Numbered from the stretch's first letter, positions 38,970-49,401 are shown. The stretch is 64,000 bases of DNA from an uncultured Alphaproteobacteria bacterium (GCA_905480575.1 CAJQQZ010000046.1:556-64555); one strand, 5' to 3'. Program-made: numbers and translations. Notes: generated by a model from the sequence alone, not told the origin.

Positions 38970-39734
38970 GTGCTTGAATACAACTCTATCTTTATAACTG
39001 GTGCCTCCAGTGGAATTGGCGCTGCATTAGCGCTGAGTTACGCCAAACCCTCCGTCGCTTTATGGCTGTGCGGACGAGATCTCGTCCGGCTTTCTAGCGT
39101 CGCTGAGGCCTGCAGAGCGCAAGGCGCGGCGGTGGAGACGAAACAAATTGATGTCGCCGTTCAGGCAGACATGGAAAGATGGATAGAGGCTTGCGATGCC
39201 CAGGCCGCGCTTGATCTAGTCATCGCTAATGCAGGTGTGAGCTTAGGCCCCACTGCGAGATCGATTGAAGATCGTGAAAAATTCAACGATCTGCTATCGG
39301 TCAACATCGTTGGTGTTTTAAACACGGTTTATCCGGCATTGGATGTGATGAGCAAACGGCGGCATGGCCAGATTGCCTTGGTTAGTTCGCTCTCAGGCTA
39401 TTTAGGCATGCCAACGGCTCCTGCCTACTCAGCAAGCAAAAACTTCGTTAAGTCATGGGGTACAGCCATCGCACCTCACGCAAAAGCGCAGGGTGTTTCC
39501 GTTTCGGTGATTTGTCCAGGTTTCGTCAAAAGCGGGATCACGGACAAGAACAAATTCCCCATGCCCCTTTTGATAACTGCTGAAAAAGCAGCCAAGATTA
39601 TCACCAGAGGCCTTAGAAAACGCGAGCTGATCATTACGTTTCCATTTCCGCTGAGGCTAATTGTTTGGTTGATATCTATAATGCCGGCTTGGCTAGCGAA
39701 CAAACTAATGGAAGGATTACCGAAGAAAAATTAG
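38970..39734 (+). CDS. short-chain dehydrogenase/reductase
   Basis: ITGASSGIG, ANAG and YSASK motifs. Confidence 0.92.
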   Translation: MLEYNSIFITGASSGIGAALALSYAKPSVALWLCGRDLVRLSSVAEACRAQGAAVETKQIDVAVQADMERWIEACDAQAALDLVIANAGVSLGPTARSIEDREKFNDLLSVNIVGVLNTVYPALDVMSKRRHGQIALVSSLSGYLGMPTAPAYSASKNFVKSWGTAIAPHAKAQGVSVSVICPGFVKSGITDKNKFPMPLLITAEKAAKIITRGLRKRELIITFPFPLRLIVWLISIMPAWLANKLMEGLPKKN

Positions 39735-39735
39735 T

Positions 39736-40731
39736 CTAATTGCTCTTCTGGGACTTTCTAAACGCACGCCACTTCTTGACTGCACGGTTATGTTCTTTCA
39801 GGGTTTTGCTGAAAGTATGCCCACCCGTTCCGTTTGCAACGAAGAATATATATTCAGTCTCCGCGGGGTTTAGAACGGCCTTGATCGCCTCAATTCCAGA
39901 ATTGGCAATCGGACCAGGAGGAAGTCCAGCATTCAAATAGCTGTTGTAAGGGTTTGGCTTTTTCAGATCTTTCGTCAACAGTCGACGGCCCAGCGGTCCG
40001 TGCCCGCCGGTAATCCCATAGATCACGGTTGGATCTGCCTGCAAACGCATCCCGATACGCAGACGATTGGTATAAACGGATGCAACGACATCACGCTCAC
40101 TGCCAACCCCAGTCTCTTTCTCGACAATCGATGCTAGAATGAGTGCTTCTTGCTTGGTTTTAATCGGCAGATTTTCAGCACGTGTTTCCCAAAGGGAATC
40201 AATGGTGTCCGACAGGTCTTTTGCCATACGGTCCAGGATCGACTGGCGGGTTGCATTCAATTGAAAATGATAGGTTTCTGCCAGGAGGCTACCTTCTGGA
40301 GGTAGGCGATCGATTTCGCCGGTCAAGCCCTGTGTCGCATTTAAGATCTCAACAACTTCCCATGACGTTCGCCCTTCAGGGATTGTTACTTTACGCGAAA
40401 TGGCTTTGCCTTTAGACAAAATATTGATCGCTTCTTCAGCACTAACCTTTGCTGGGAACAAGAATTCGCCAGCTTTTAGATTTCCACCTACTTGCTTTAT
40501 ACGCACAGCAATTTTGAAGAAATTGGCGTTGTCGATAACGCCTTCTGCCTGGAGCCTTTCCGCGATTCGATCAACATTGGACCCTCTGGCAATAACAACA
40601 GCTTTGTCCTGCTTGAGAGGGCCTTCAGATGCGAACCAAGTCATTGCCCAATCGCTGACACCCGCTACGGCAACAGCGCCGAGAGACAAAAGAACCAACA
40701 AGGTAACGAGTAAGCGTATCACAAGGACCAT
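39736..40731 (-). CDS. mltG: endolytic transglycosylase MltG
   Basis: TIPEG, LASIVEKET, RLQADPT and GLPPGPI motifs. Confidence 0.96.
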   Translation of the reverse strand: MVLVIRLLVTLLVLLSLGAVAVAGVSDWAMTWFASEGPLKQDKAVVIARGSNVDRIAERLQAEGVIDNANFFKIAVRIKQVGGNLKAGEFLFPAKVSAEEAINILSKGKAISRKVTIPEGRTSWEVVEILNATQGLTGEIDRLPPEGSLLAETYHFQLNATRQSILDRMAKDLSDTIDSLWETRAENLPIKTKQEALILASIVEKETGVGSERDVVASVYTNRLRIGMRLQADPTVIYGITGGHGPLGRRLLTKDLKKPNPYNSYLNAGLPPGPIANSGIEAIKAVLNPAETEYIFFVANGTGGHTFSKTLKEHNRAVKKWRAFRKSQKSN

Positions 40732-40761
40732 CGCCTTTCAGATCGCCTTTCCGGCAGTCAG

Positions 40762-42033
40762 TTAACGGAAGCTTCGGAAAACCAAACTAGCGTTTGTTCC
40801 ACCAAATCCGAATGAATTAGACAAAGCAACATCGACCTTACGCTCTTTAGCAACCAATGGGACCAAATCAATTTGATCAGGTGAGCAGCCTTCATCCGGA
40901 TCATGGAGATTCAGCGTCGGTGGAATAACACCCGTTTGGATGGCCTTAATCGCAAAAATGGCCTCCACGCTACCAGCAGCACCTAACAAGTGACCGATGG
41001 CGGATTTTGTCGAAGACATTGATGTTGATTTCATGCTGTCACCGAAAAGACGCTTCACAGCATTAAGTTCGATCAAATCACCCAGAGGCGTCGAAGTGCC
41101 ATGCGCATTAACATAGTCAACTTGTTCTGGGGTAACTTGCGCGCGTTTGAGAGCAGCAGACATCGAACGGAAACCGCCGTTGCCATCTTCGGCAGGTGCA
41201 GTGATATGGTGCGCGTCACCTGACAAACCGTACCCTGTCACTTCCGCGTAGATCTTAGCACCGCGGGCTTTAGCATGTTCTAGTTCTTCCAGGATAAGGA
41301 CACCAGCGCCTTCACCCATGACAAAACCATCACGGCCTTTATCCCAAGGGCGGGAGGCTTCTTCAGGACTGTCGTTGTAAGATGTCGAAAGCGCGCGTGC
41401 AGCAGCAAAACCCGCAACGCCCAATCGTATGATTGCACTTTCGGCACTACCCGCTACCATGACATCCGCATCGTCCAAAGCGATCAAACGAGCCGCATCA
41501 CCGATAGCGTGGGCACCTGTTGAACAAGCTGTGACGACAGAGTGATTAGGGCCCTGGAAACCATAGCGAATTGATACTTGGCCACTGATCAAATTAATCA
41601 ACAGTGATGGGATCATAAAGGGAGAGATGCGCCGAGGCCCTCTCTCATGCAACGTCATCGCTGCTTCAGTCATTGTCTCCAAGCCGCCAATACCACTCCC
41701 GATTAACACCCCAGTGCGGTAACGATCTTCGTCACTTTGGGGTACCCAACCAGAATCGATAACAGCCTCTTGAGCAGCAGCCATACCGTACAGAATGAAC
41801 TGATCAATCTTTCGCTGCTCTTTCGGCGGCAAGACATCTTCTGGATTAAAAGTGCGCCCAGAACCATCACCAATTACGACTTTACCACCAATTTTTGCAG
41901 GCAAATCAGATGTATCGAAATTATCGATTTTCCGAATACCTGATTTACCGGCAACCAAGCGGTCCCAGACTGGACCAACACCAAACCCCAAAGGAGTTAG
42001 TGCGCCCATTCCCGTAACAACGACTCTACGCAT
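40762..42033 (-). CDS. fabF: beta-ketoacyl-ACP synthase II
   Basis: TACSTG, NAHGTST, GHLLGAAG and SNSFGFGG motifs. Confidence 0.98.
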   Translation of the reverse strand: MRRVVVTGMGALTPLGFGVGPVWDRLVAGKSGIRKIDNFDTSDLPAKIGGKVVIGDGSGRTFNPEDVLPPKEQRKIDQFILYGMAAAQEAVIDSGWVPQSDEDRYRTGVLIGSGIGGLETMTEAAMTLHERGPRRISPFMIPSLLINLISGQVSIRYGFQGPNHSVVTACSTGAHAIGDAARLIALDDADVMVAGSAESAIIRLGVAGFAAARALSTSYNDSPEEASRPWDKGRDGFVMGEGAGVLILEELEHAKARGAKIYAEVTGYGLSGDAHHITAPAEDGNGGFRSMSAALKRAQVTPEQVDYVNAHGTSTPLGDLIELNAVKRLFGDSMKSTSMSSTKSAIGHLLGAAGSVEAIFAIKAIQTGVIPPTLNLHDPDEGCSPDQIDLVPLVAKERKVDVALSNSFGFGGTNASLVFRSFR

Positions 42034-42063
42034 AAATTCTTCCAGAAGATTAATCTAACTGTG

Positions 42064-42082
42064 AGCCCGATTAAATCGGGCT
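42064..42082 (-). terminator. stem-loop after acpP (weak terminator or stabiliser)
   Basis: AGCCCGAT-TAA-ATCGGGCT with no clear U tail. Confidence 0.45.
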
Positions 42083-42092
42083 ACTTAGTTAA

Positions 42093-42332
42093 TTAGGCGT
42101 CGCCGTTTTCCGAAATGAAGGAAACAGCATCATTCACTGTTACGATCTTTTCAGCTGCATCATCAGGAATTTCAATTCCAAACTCTTCTTCGAAAGCCAT
42201 TACCAGCTCAACCGTGTCCAAGCTATCAGCGCCTAGATCGTCGATGAAGCTTGCTTCAAGAGAGACTTTTGAATCATCCACACCGAGATGCTCAACGACG
42301 ATTTTCTTTACACGATCTGCTACATCACTCAT
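42093..42332 (-). CDS. acpP: acyl carrier protein
   Basis: [20 protein letters not shown] motif; start taken at MSDVADR (42332) with an AAGGA RBS. Confidence 0.98.
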   Translation of the reverse strand: MSDVADRVKKIVVEHLGVDDSKVSLEASFIDDLGADSLDTVELVMAFEEEFGIEIPDDAAEKIVTVNDAVSFISENGDA

Positions 42333-42533
42333 TTGACTTCTTTCCTTAAGTTGGTGGCTGTGTTCAATCACAGCCCTCATAATAACTTCCGTTTTCGTCC
42401 TCTTCCAGAGGAGGAGCCTGCATAGTCATCTGCAGCCTATATGAAAACGCTACCAATAGCCGCGGCTCTTAGCACGCGTCAACGCCTTTGCCAACGCTCC
42501 TCTACAAAAATTTTGTTCTAAGGAGCTAAGCAG

Positions 42534-43271
42534 TTAGATCATTGCCATTCCACCGTTAATATGGAGCGTCTGGCCAGTCACGTAACTGGCCTCCTCACTA
42601 GCTAGATAAACAACACCCGCAGCGATGTCATCCACGCTGCCCAATCGTCCGGTAGGTACGGCTGTTAGCAACTTATCTTTTTGTTGATCTGTCAAGACGT
42701 CAGTCATCGCTGTTTTGATAAACCCTGGCGCCAAAGAATTAATCGTAATGCCGCGGGATGCAACTTCTTGAGCCAAAGACTTTGACATGCCGATCATGCC
42801 TGCTTTTGACGCTGCATAGTTAGCTTGCCCAGCATTTCCGGTCACGCCAACGATAGAGGTAATGTTGATGATACGACCAAACCTGCGCTTCATCATTCCA
42901 CGCAAAACAGCACGTGTCAGGCGGAATACAGAGCCAAGATTCACTTGAATCACCTCATCCCATTCTTCGTCTTTCATACGCATGCCGATGTTGTCGCGCG
43001 TTAGGCCCGCATTGTTGACAAGAATATCAATGGATCCCAGAGCAGCTTCGACATCCTGGATCAACTTTTGACCTGCACCGTCTTCACCAAGATCGCAAGG
43101 GAAGAACTGAGTGTCGCCACCCATTTCTTTAGCGAGACTCTCAAGCACATCAGCTTTGCGTCCCGTCAAGGCAACTCTGGCCCCTTGCGCCTGGAGAGAT
43201 TTAGCAATTGCTTCACCAATACCACCAGTTGCACCGGTTACGAGTGCGGTTTTACCCTCAAGATTAAACAT
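42534..43271 (-). CDS. fabG: 3-oxoacyl-ACP reductase
   Basis: TGATGGIG, NNAG, GQANYAASK and GQTLHINGGM motifs; fab synteny. Confidence 0.97.
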   Translation of the reverse strand: MFNLEGKTALVTGATGGIGEAIAKSLQAQGARVALTGRKADVLESLAKEMGGDTQFFPCDLGEDGAGQKLIQDVEAALGSIDILVNNAGLTRDNIGMRMKDEEWDEVIQVNLGSVFRLTRAVLRGMMKRRFGRIINITSIVGVTGNAGQANYAASKAGMIGMSKSLAQEVASRGITINSLAPGFIKTAMTDVLTDQQKDKLLTAVPTGRLGSVDDIAAGVVYLASEEASYVTGQTLHINGGMAMI

Positions 43272-43333
43272 GCCTTTAGTCCTTCTTACTGTCGCTCGTT
43301 ATCGATCAGACAACAGAGCCCTATAATGTTTTT

Positions 43334-44272
43334 CTAACGGGCCAAAAATGCGTCAATGTCAGTGGAAGAATTAAGGGCTGCACCGCTTAGTTCTCTAACA
43401 ATACGTTTGGCAAGACCCGAGAGTACTTTCCCTGCTCCAACTTCAACCAATTCAGTGACGCCGCTGTTTGCCATCGCCTGAACTGATTCACTCCAGCGGA
43501 CCCGCCCAGTAACTTGGGTGATCAGTTGGCTGCGAATAGCGTCTGGATCTGTTTGAGGTTCCGTTGAAACGTTCGTCACGACTGGCAAACTTGGAACGGA
43601 AATAGTTGTAGAAGCCAAAGCCTCAGCCATACGTTCCGCCGCGGGTTGCATCATAGAACAATGGAATGGTGCACTGACGGGTAAAAGAACCGCGCGTTTG
43701 GCCCCTGCTTCCTTCGCGGCAACCGCAGCACGGTCGACGGCTTCTTTGGAACCGGACACAACAATTTGCCCCGGCGCATTGTCGTTAGCCACATCACAGA
43801 CCCCATCGCCAGCCGACGCCTCAGCGACTGCGAGAACCTGGTCGATGTTCAATCCAAGAATGGCAGCCATAGCACCTTCACCAACAGGCACAGCCGCTTG
43901 CATCGCCTGTCCACGTAATTTCAACAGTTTCGCAGCGTCGCCAAGCTGCAAAGCGCCAGCCGCTGTCAAGGCTGAGTATTCGCCGAGAGAATGACCCGCA
44001 ACAAACTTCCCTAGTTCTGCGAGTGATTTACCAGCACCAGCTTCTAAGACCCTGGCGGCTGCAATTGATACTGCCATTAGCGCTGGTTGAGCGTTCTCTG
44101 TGAGAGTCAACTCTTCGATAGGGCCGTCAAAAATGAGTGATGTCAGTTTTTGGCCAAGGGCCTCGTCAACTTCTTCGAACACTTGGCGTGCGATAGGCGA
44201 AGAATCGTAAAGATCCTTACCCATGCCAACGGCCTGACTGCCCTGACCTGGAAAAACAAATGCGATTGTCAT
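43334..44272 (-). CDS. fabD: malonyl-CoA-ACP transacylase
   Basis: FPGQGSQ, GHSLGEY and VSAPFH motifs. Confidence 0.98.
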   Translation of the reverse strand: MTIAFVFPGQGSQAVGMGKDLYDSSPIARQVFEEVDEALGQKLTSLIFDGPIEELTLTENAQPALMAVSIAAARVLEAGAGKSLAELGKFVAGHSLGEYSALTAAGALQLGDAAKLLKLRGQAMQAAVPVGEGAMAAILGLNIDQVLAVAEASAGDGVCDVANDNAPGQIVVSGSKEAVDRAAVAAKEAGAKRAVLLPVSAPFHCSMMQPAAERMAEALASTTISVPSLPVVTNVSTEPQTDPDAIRSQLITQVTGRVRWSESVQAMANSGVTELVEVGAGKVLSGLAKRIVRELSGAALNSSTDIDAFLAR

Positions 44273-44438
44273 TAGGAATATCTATCCTTTTCGAATAAGA
44301 GGCCGACAATGCACAGATTCTACTGTGTTTTTTGCCAATTACCACCTCTATTGGTTAAGGTGTCGCGCTGGTAAGCCTCAATCTTGGGCCTGTCAAGGTT
44401 TCCCCGGTTGAGAAGGGTAGGATTCGCGGTTTTCTTGC

Positions 44439-44466
44439 TTGATTAACAAAGGGAAAGGCCTATAAA
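44439..44466 (+). promoter_or_regulatory. putative sigma70 promoter of the rpsF operon
   Basis: TTGATT-N16-TATAAA just before the leader. Confidence 0.45.
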
Positions 44467-44480
44467 GCGCCTGCTCGCAA

Positions 44481-44570
44481 GCTCCTTGCTGCCTCCTAGC
44501 GAGAATACCGGAGTCAGCTATTGAACTGTCAGTTGGACTTGACAGTTTTTCATAACCCGTAAGGAGTCCA
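44481..44570 (+). promoter_or_regulatory. S6:S18 ribosomal-protein autoregulatory leader
   Basis: 5' CTCCTTGC can pair with GTAAGGAG (the SD), preceded by an unpaired CCCG; this is the architecture of the rpsF CCR leader. Confidence 0.7.
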
Positions 44571-44575
44571 CATAA

Positions 44576-44989
44576 ATGTCACTATACGAATGCGTTTTCA
44601 TGGCGCGTCCGGACATCTCGCCTGCCCAAGTAGATGGCTTGATCGAGACGTTCACAAACATCATCACCGAAGGCAGTGGTTCAGTCGAAAAGACCGAATA
44701 CTGGGGTCTTAGAAACCTAGCCTACCGTGTTAAGAAAAACCGCAAAGCTCACTATGTTCTCCTGAACATCGACTCCCCTTCACCGGCTGTGAAGGAAATG
44801 GAGCGCGTTATGGGTCTCAACGAAGACATTCTTCGCACAATGACGCTCCGCGTTGATGAGCTTGAAACAGAACCTTCCGTCGTTATGCGCAACCGTGGCG
44901 AACGCCGTGGCCGTCGCGAAGACGAAGAAAGCAACCGCAGCGAAAAGCCAGCGGAAGCTAAATCTGAAGAAAAAGAAGGGACCGAATAA
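44576..44989 (+). CDS. rpsF: 30S ribosomal protein S6
   Basis: [10 protein letters not shown] and [18 protein letters not shown] motifs. Confidence 0.98.
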   Translation: MSLYECVFMARPDISPAQVDGLIETFTNIITEGSGSVEKTEYWGLRNLAYRVKKNRKAHYVLLNIDSPSPAVKEMERVMGLNEDILRTMTLRVDELETEPSVVMRNRGERRGRREDEESNRSEKPAEAKSEEKEGTE

Positions 44990-45234
44990 TGAGACCAGCA
45001 TCTGGTGGCGCTCGTCGCCCTTTCTTCCGCCGTCGCAAATCTTGCCCATTTTCTGGCCCAAATGCTCCAGCAATTGACCACAAAGATGTCAAACTGCTTC
45101 AGCGTTATGTTTCAGAGCGTGGTAAGATCGTTCCTAGCCGCATCACAGCGGTATCAGCAAAGCAACAGCGCAAGCTGGCTAAAGCAATCAAGCGGGCACG
45201 TGTTCTTGCACTCCTGCCATACGTGGTGAGGTAA
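44989..45234 (+). CDS. rpsR: 30S ribosomal protein S18
   Basis: [20 protein letters not shown] and AIKRAR.LALLPY motifs. Confidence 0.98.
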   Translation: MRPASGGARRPFFRRRKSCPFSGPNAPAIDHKDVKLLQRYVSERGKIVPSRITAVSAKQQRKLAKAIKRARVLALLPYVVR

Positions 45235-45238
45235 GGTC

Positions 45239-45811
45239 ATGCAAGTTATCCTACTCGAAAGAATTGAAAAGCTCGGCCTACTTGGTGACGTTGTTAACGT
45301 TAAGCCTGGTTTTGCTAGAAACTACCTCCTTCCACAAAAGAAAGCTCTTCGTGCGACAAAGTCAAACGTAGACGCTTTTGAAGCACAGCGTGCCCAAATG
45401 GAAGCTGACAACCTTCAGCGCCGTGAAGAAGCTGAAGCAATGGCTGAGAAGATTAACGGTCTTCAAATCGTTATGACACGTCAGGCTTCTGAAGCCAGCG
45501 TGCTTTACGGTTCCGTTTCCGCTCGTGACATTGCTGATGGTGTAACTGCTGCTGGTTTCACGATTGACCGTGGCCAAGTTCCAATTGATCGTCCGATCAA
45601 AACTTTGGGCATTCATGATGCACGTATCCGCCTTCACCCAGAAGTTTCGACTTTTGTGAAGGTCAACATCGCGAAAACTGTCGATGAAGCTGAATCACAG
45701 TGGCAAGCAAGCCTTGCGCCTGTCGTCGAAGAAGCTCCAGTTGTTGAAGAAGCGCCCGTAGTAGAAGAAGACGCACCTGCTGTTGAAGAAGCTGCTAGCG
45801 AAGAAGAATAA
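45239..45811 (+). CDS. rplI: 50S ribosomal protein L9
   Basis: [19 protein letters not shown] and LYGSV motifs; acidic APVVEE-repeat tail. Confidence 0.98.
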   Translation: MQVILLERIEKLGLLGDVVNVKPGFARNYLLPQKKALRATKSNVDAFEAQRAQMEADNLQRREEAEAMAEKINGLQIVMTRQASEASVLYGSVSARDIADGVTAAGFTIDRGQVPIDRPIKTLGIHDARIRLHPEVSTFVKVNIAKTVDEAESQWQASLAPVVEEAPVVEEAPVVEEDAPAVEEAASEEE

Positions 45812-45834
45812 GTTCTTTTAAGCGACTTTAGTTT

Positions 45835-45863
45835 AAGGCCTGGGCTTTTGCCTGGGCCTTTTT
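45835..45863 (+). terminator. rho-independent terminator of rpsF-rpsR-rplI
   Basis: AAGGCCTGGGC-TTTT-GCCTGGGCCTTTTT. Confidence 0.78.
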
Positions 45864-45886
45864 CGTTTCCCTCAATTCTTTGTCCC

Positions 45887-45913
45887 TTATTCACCTTATT
45901 CACCTTATTCACA
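45887..45913 (+). promoter_or_regulatory. three tandem DnaA-box-like 9-mers upstream of dnaB
   Basis: TTATTCACC-TTATTCACC-TTATTCACA versus consensus TTWTNCACA. Confidence 0.6.
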
Positions 45914-45962
45914 GGTAATAAGAGATAGTCTTACCTTCTTCGGACCTGTTATAACCGACTCC

Positions 45963-47459
45963 ATGGCAGCACCACTCGATAATATAGCAGTCCTCCCTGG
46001 GGCTGAGAACGTGAACGACGAACATAGTCGCACTCCCCCTCACAACTATGAGGCTGAGGCCGCCTTGTTGGGCGCTATCCTCGCGAACAACCAGGCTTTG
46101 GAGAAGGTTAGCGATTTTCTTAGGGCCGAGCATTTTGCAGAACCAGCTCACGGTCGTATCTTTGCCGCTATTACCAAGCTGATCGACCGTGGTCAGATCG
46201 CAGATTCCGTCCAGCTCGCTCACTACTTCAACGATGACGAGGCTTTGAAAGAAGTTGGTGGCTCCTCTTATCTTGCTGAACTCCAATCTTCTATTGTCTC
46301 AATCATCAACGCTGCTGATTACGGAAAAACGATCCACGACCTGCACCTTCGCCGCGAACTGATCGCACTGGGCGAAGAAATCGTTAACGAAGCCTTCACG
46401 CTGGACATCGATAACGCCGCTTCACAACAAATCGAAATTGCTGAATCACAACTTTTCAATCTCGCTGAGCATGGCGAAACAGAAAGCGGTATTCGCAAAT
46501 TTTCTAACGTGTTGTCGGAAACCATGGTCATGGCCCAGGCTGCGCACAAACGTGACGGCCAGATGGTTGGTTTGTCCACTGGCCTCCATGACCTAGATCA
46601 CCTCCTGGGTGGACTACACCGTTCTGACTTATTGATCATTGCCGCCCGTCCTGCGATGGGTAAAACAACGCTCGCCACCAACATCGCGTTCAATGCGGCC
46701 CGTAACGACAAAGCCGTCGTAGCTTATTTTTCTTTGGAAATGTCAGGTGAACAGCTGACCACTCGTATGCTTTCTGAACAAGCAGCTGTGCCATCGGAGA
46801 AGATTCGCCGTGGCGAACTCTCCAACGACGAATTCCAAAAGGTCGTGACCGCCAGCCGCGACCTGGAAGACATCACATATTTTATTGATGACACACCGGC
46901 CATTCCGGTCTCGACACTCAGAACAAGAGCCCGCCGCCTAAAACGTCAAAATGGCAAGCTCGACCTAATCTTAGTCGACTATTTACAGCTAATGCGTGGA
47001 ACCGTGGGCGGCAAGGGGCTTGAAAACCGCGTTCAGGAAATCTCTGACATTACACGTGGTTTGAAAGCAATTGCGAAAGAATTGGACGTCCCCGTCATTG
47101 CATTGTCACAGCTGTCCCGCCAAGTCGAAAATCGTGAAGACAAGCGCCCACAACTGGCTGACCTTCGTGAATCAGGTTCTATTGAGCAAGATGCTGACTC
47201 TGTTATGTTCATCTACCGTGAGGAATATTACCTTCAGAAAGCCGAACCGATGCAAAAGCCGGAAGAGTCCGAGATTAAATTCCAAGAACGCTATGCCGAG
47301 TGGCAAGCACGTTGCGAAGAAGTCTACGGCCTGGCGAAGGTCATTGTTGCTAAACAAAGACACGGTCCAACGGGCGATGTTACCCTCACATTTGATGGCG
47401 CTACGACACGTTTTGCTAGCTATAAGCCAGCCGATCAATTGCCGGAGCAAACCTACTAA
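45963..47459 (+). CDS. dnaB: replicative DNA helicase
   Basis: AARPAMGKT, SLEMS, DYLQL, LSQLSR, DLRESGSIEQDAD and KQRHGPTG motifs. Confidence 0.98.
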   Translation: MAAPLDNIAVLPGAENVNDEHSRTPPHNYEAEAALLGAILANNQALEKVSDFLRAEHFAEPAHGRIFAAITKLIDRGQIADSVQLAHYFNDDEALKEVGGSSYLAELQSSIVSIINAADYGKTIHDLHLRRELIALGEEIVNEAFTLDIDNAASQQIEIAESQLFNLAEHGETESGIRKFSNVLSETMVMAQAAHKRDGQMVGLSTGLHDLDHLLGGLHRSDLLIIAARPAMGKTTLATNIAFNAARNDKAVVAYFSLEMSGEQLTTRMLSEQAAVPSEKIRRGELSNDEFQKVVTASRDLEDITYFIDDTPAIPVSTLRTRARRLKRQNGKLDLILVDYLQLMRGTVGGKGLENRVQEISDITRGLKAIAKELDVPVIALSQLSRQVENREDKRPQLADLRESGSIEQDADSVMFIYREEYYLQKAEPMQKPEESEIKFQERYAEWQARCEEVYGLAKVIVAKQRHGPTGDVTLTFDGATTRFASYKPADQLPEQTY

Positions 47460-47512
47460 CCCAGTACTATTCTAATTTGATACTAGTCTAATCTAACACA
47501 CGGGTCCGAACC

Positions 47513-48625
47513 TTGGCTAACAACCACTTTGACGCCTATGCGCCTTCACAATTGCTTATTGATTTGGGCGCAATTCAGCGAAACTATAGACGCCTTTGCC
47601 AGGAATTCGGCTCAGTGGAGTGTGCCGCCGTTGTTAAAGCCAACGGCTACGGACTAGGATCGGTCAAAGTTGTTGAAACTCTGTTGGCCGCCGGTGCTAA
47701 GAATTTCTTTTTTGCCCATCTCGCCGAAGCGCTTGAAGTTAGAGACCACATATCTGAAGGCAACTTCTACGTTTTCAACGGCCTCGGCCTGAACGAAGAA
47801 AAGATCTTTCTTGATCATAACATCATCCCGGCGCTTAACGACCTTGGACAACTAAAAACCTGGAATGACTTCGCTAGACAGCGAAACACTGCGCTCCATG
47901 CAGCCCTTCATATCGACACTGGAATGTCTCGTTTAGGGCTATGTCAAAATGAGGTCCAGCAACTGATTGACGTCCCTGAAGAATTCAAAAAACTTGCTGA
48001 CCCGTTGGTTCTTTCTCACCTTTGCAGCGCGGACGAAATTAACCATCCGTCGAATATGAGCCAATTGATTGAGTTTCGCCAAGTAACCGCGAAGCTACCC
48101 AAGGCACGCCTCAGCCTTGCCAACTCATCTGGCACCTTTAGAGGCAGAGATTTCCATTTCGATTTGGGCCGTCCAGGCGTCGCTCTTTACGGCGTCAATC
48201 CAACCCCTGAAACCTACAACCCTATGGAACCAGTGGTCACAGTTCAATGTCGTATTCTCCAAACCAGAACGATCCCTGCGGGACGCTCTGTTGGTTACGG
48301 CTGCACCTACATTTCCGACAAAGAAACAAGAGTAGCCACGATTGCGATTGGTTACGCCGACGGATATTTGAGAGTACGAGGCAACAAATCGTCAATCATC
48401 ATCAACGGCACCAAAGCCAATGTCATCGGCCGTGTTTCCATGGATACTGTAACCGTTGACGTCACTGACTTCAGCGAGGAAGAGGTCCACGCTGGTGCTT
48501 ATGTCTCAGTGATTGACTCTGTTCATGACATCGATAAACAGGCTAAAGAGGTTGGAACTATTGGCTATGAAGTCCTGACCAACCTTGGTCGCCGGTACCG
48601 AAGAATCTATCAGGAGCCAAGCTAG
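47513..48625 (+). CDS. alr: alanine racemase
   Basis: AVVKANGYGLG, DTGMSRLG, GYADG and GRVSMD motifs. Confidence 0.96.
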   Translation: MANNHFDAYAPSQLLIDLGAIQRNYRRLCQEFGSVECAAVVKANGYGLGSVKVVETLLAAGAKNFFFAHLAEALEVRDHISEGNFYVFNGLGLNEEKIFLDHNIIPALNDLGQLKTWNDFARQRNTALHAALHIDTGMSRLGLCQNEVQQLIDVPEEFKKLADPLVLSHLCSADEINHPSNMSQLIEFRQVTAKLPKARLSLANSSGTFRGRDFHFDLGRPGVALYGVNPTPETYNPMEPVVTVQCRILQTRTIPAGRSVGYGCTYISDKETRVATIAIGYADGYLRVRGNKSSIIINGTKANVIGRVSMDTVTVDVTDFSEEEVHAGAYVSVIDSVHDIDKQAKEVGTIGYEVLTNLGRRYRRIYQEPS

Positions 48626-48627
48626 GT

Positions 48628-49401
48628 ATGGAACCATTACGCCGTTTAGGTGAAGCAACACTCGCTCTTTTCACCGCTGTTGGGCGGTTGAGCCTCTTTG
48701 CTGCCAGCGGCATCTTTCATATCTTCAAGCCTCCGTTCCGCGGGAAGATCGTTTTGCACCAAATGGTGGAAGTCGGGTTCTATTCTTTGCCAGTGGTCGG
48801 GCTGACAGCGATCTTTACGGGTATGGTACTCGCCCTACAATCCTATACCGGTTTTGCTCGTTTCTCTGCTGAAAGTGCGATCCCACAGGTTGTTGTCGTC
48901 TCGATCACCAGGGAACTTGGCCCTGTGCTCGCTGGTTTGATGGTCGCTGGTCGTGTCGGCGCTGCTATGGCAGCGGAGATTGGTACAATGCGTGTCACAG
49001 AACAATTGGACGCGCTCAAAACCCTATCAACCAACCCCATGTCTTTCTTGGTGGCTCCGCGGTTGCTGGCTGGTCTGATCACACTGCCTTTACTGGTTGC
49101 CGTAGCTGACGTTATTGGTGTCATGGGCGGCTATTTGGTGTCGATCTACAAGCTTGGTTTCAACCCAGCAACCTATCTGCACAACACAATGCAGTTTCTT
49201 GAGGTCCAAGACGTCGTTTCGGGCTTAGTCAAAGCTTCTGCTTTTGGTTTCATCGTAACACTGTTGGGCTGTTATCACGGTTATCACTCAAAAGGTGGCG
49301 CGCAGGGCGTTGGACAAGCGACAACGAACGCCGTTGTCACAGCCTCCATTCTCATCCTGTGTTCCAACTACCTCATTACTGAACTCTTTTTCTCGAGATG
49401 A
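48628..49401 (+). CDS. mlaE: MlaE family lipid ABC transporter permease
   Basis: RELGPVL, AEIGTMRVTEQLDAL and GVGQATT motifs. Confidence 0.93.
   Translation: MEPLRRLGEATLALFTAVGRLSLFAASGIFHIFKPPFRGKIVLHQMVEVGFYSLPVVGLTAIFTGMVLALQSYTGFARFSAESAIPQVVVVSITRELGPVLAGLMVAGRVGAAMAAEIGTMRVTEQLDALKTLSTNPMSFLVAPRLLAGLITLPLLVAVADVIGVMGGYLVSIYKLGFNPATYLHNTMQFLEVQDVVSGLVKASAFGFIVTLLGCYHGYHSKGGAQGVGQATTNAVVTASILILCSNYLITELFFSR

Noticed and set aside
45715-45808. APVVEE repeats at the L9 C-terminus
   Set aside because: Acidic low-complexity tails are common in alphaproteobacterial L9, and the repeats are degenerate at DNA level.
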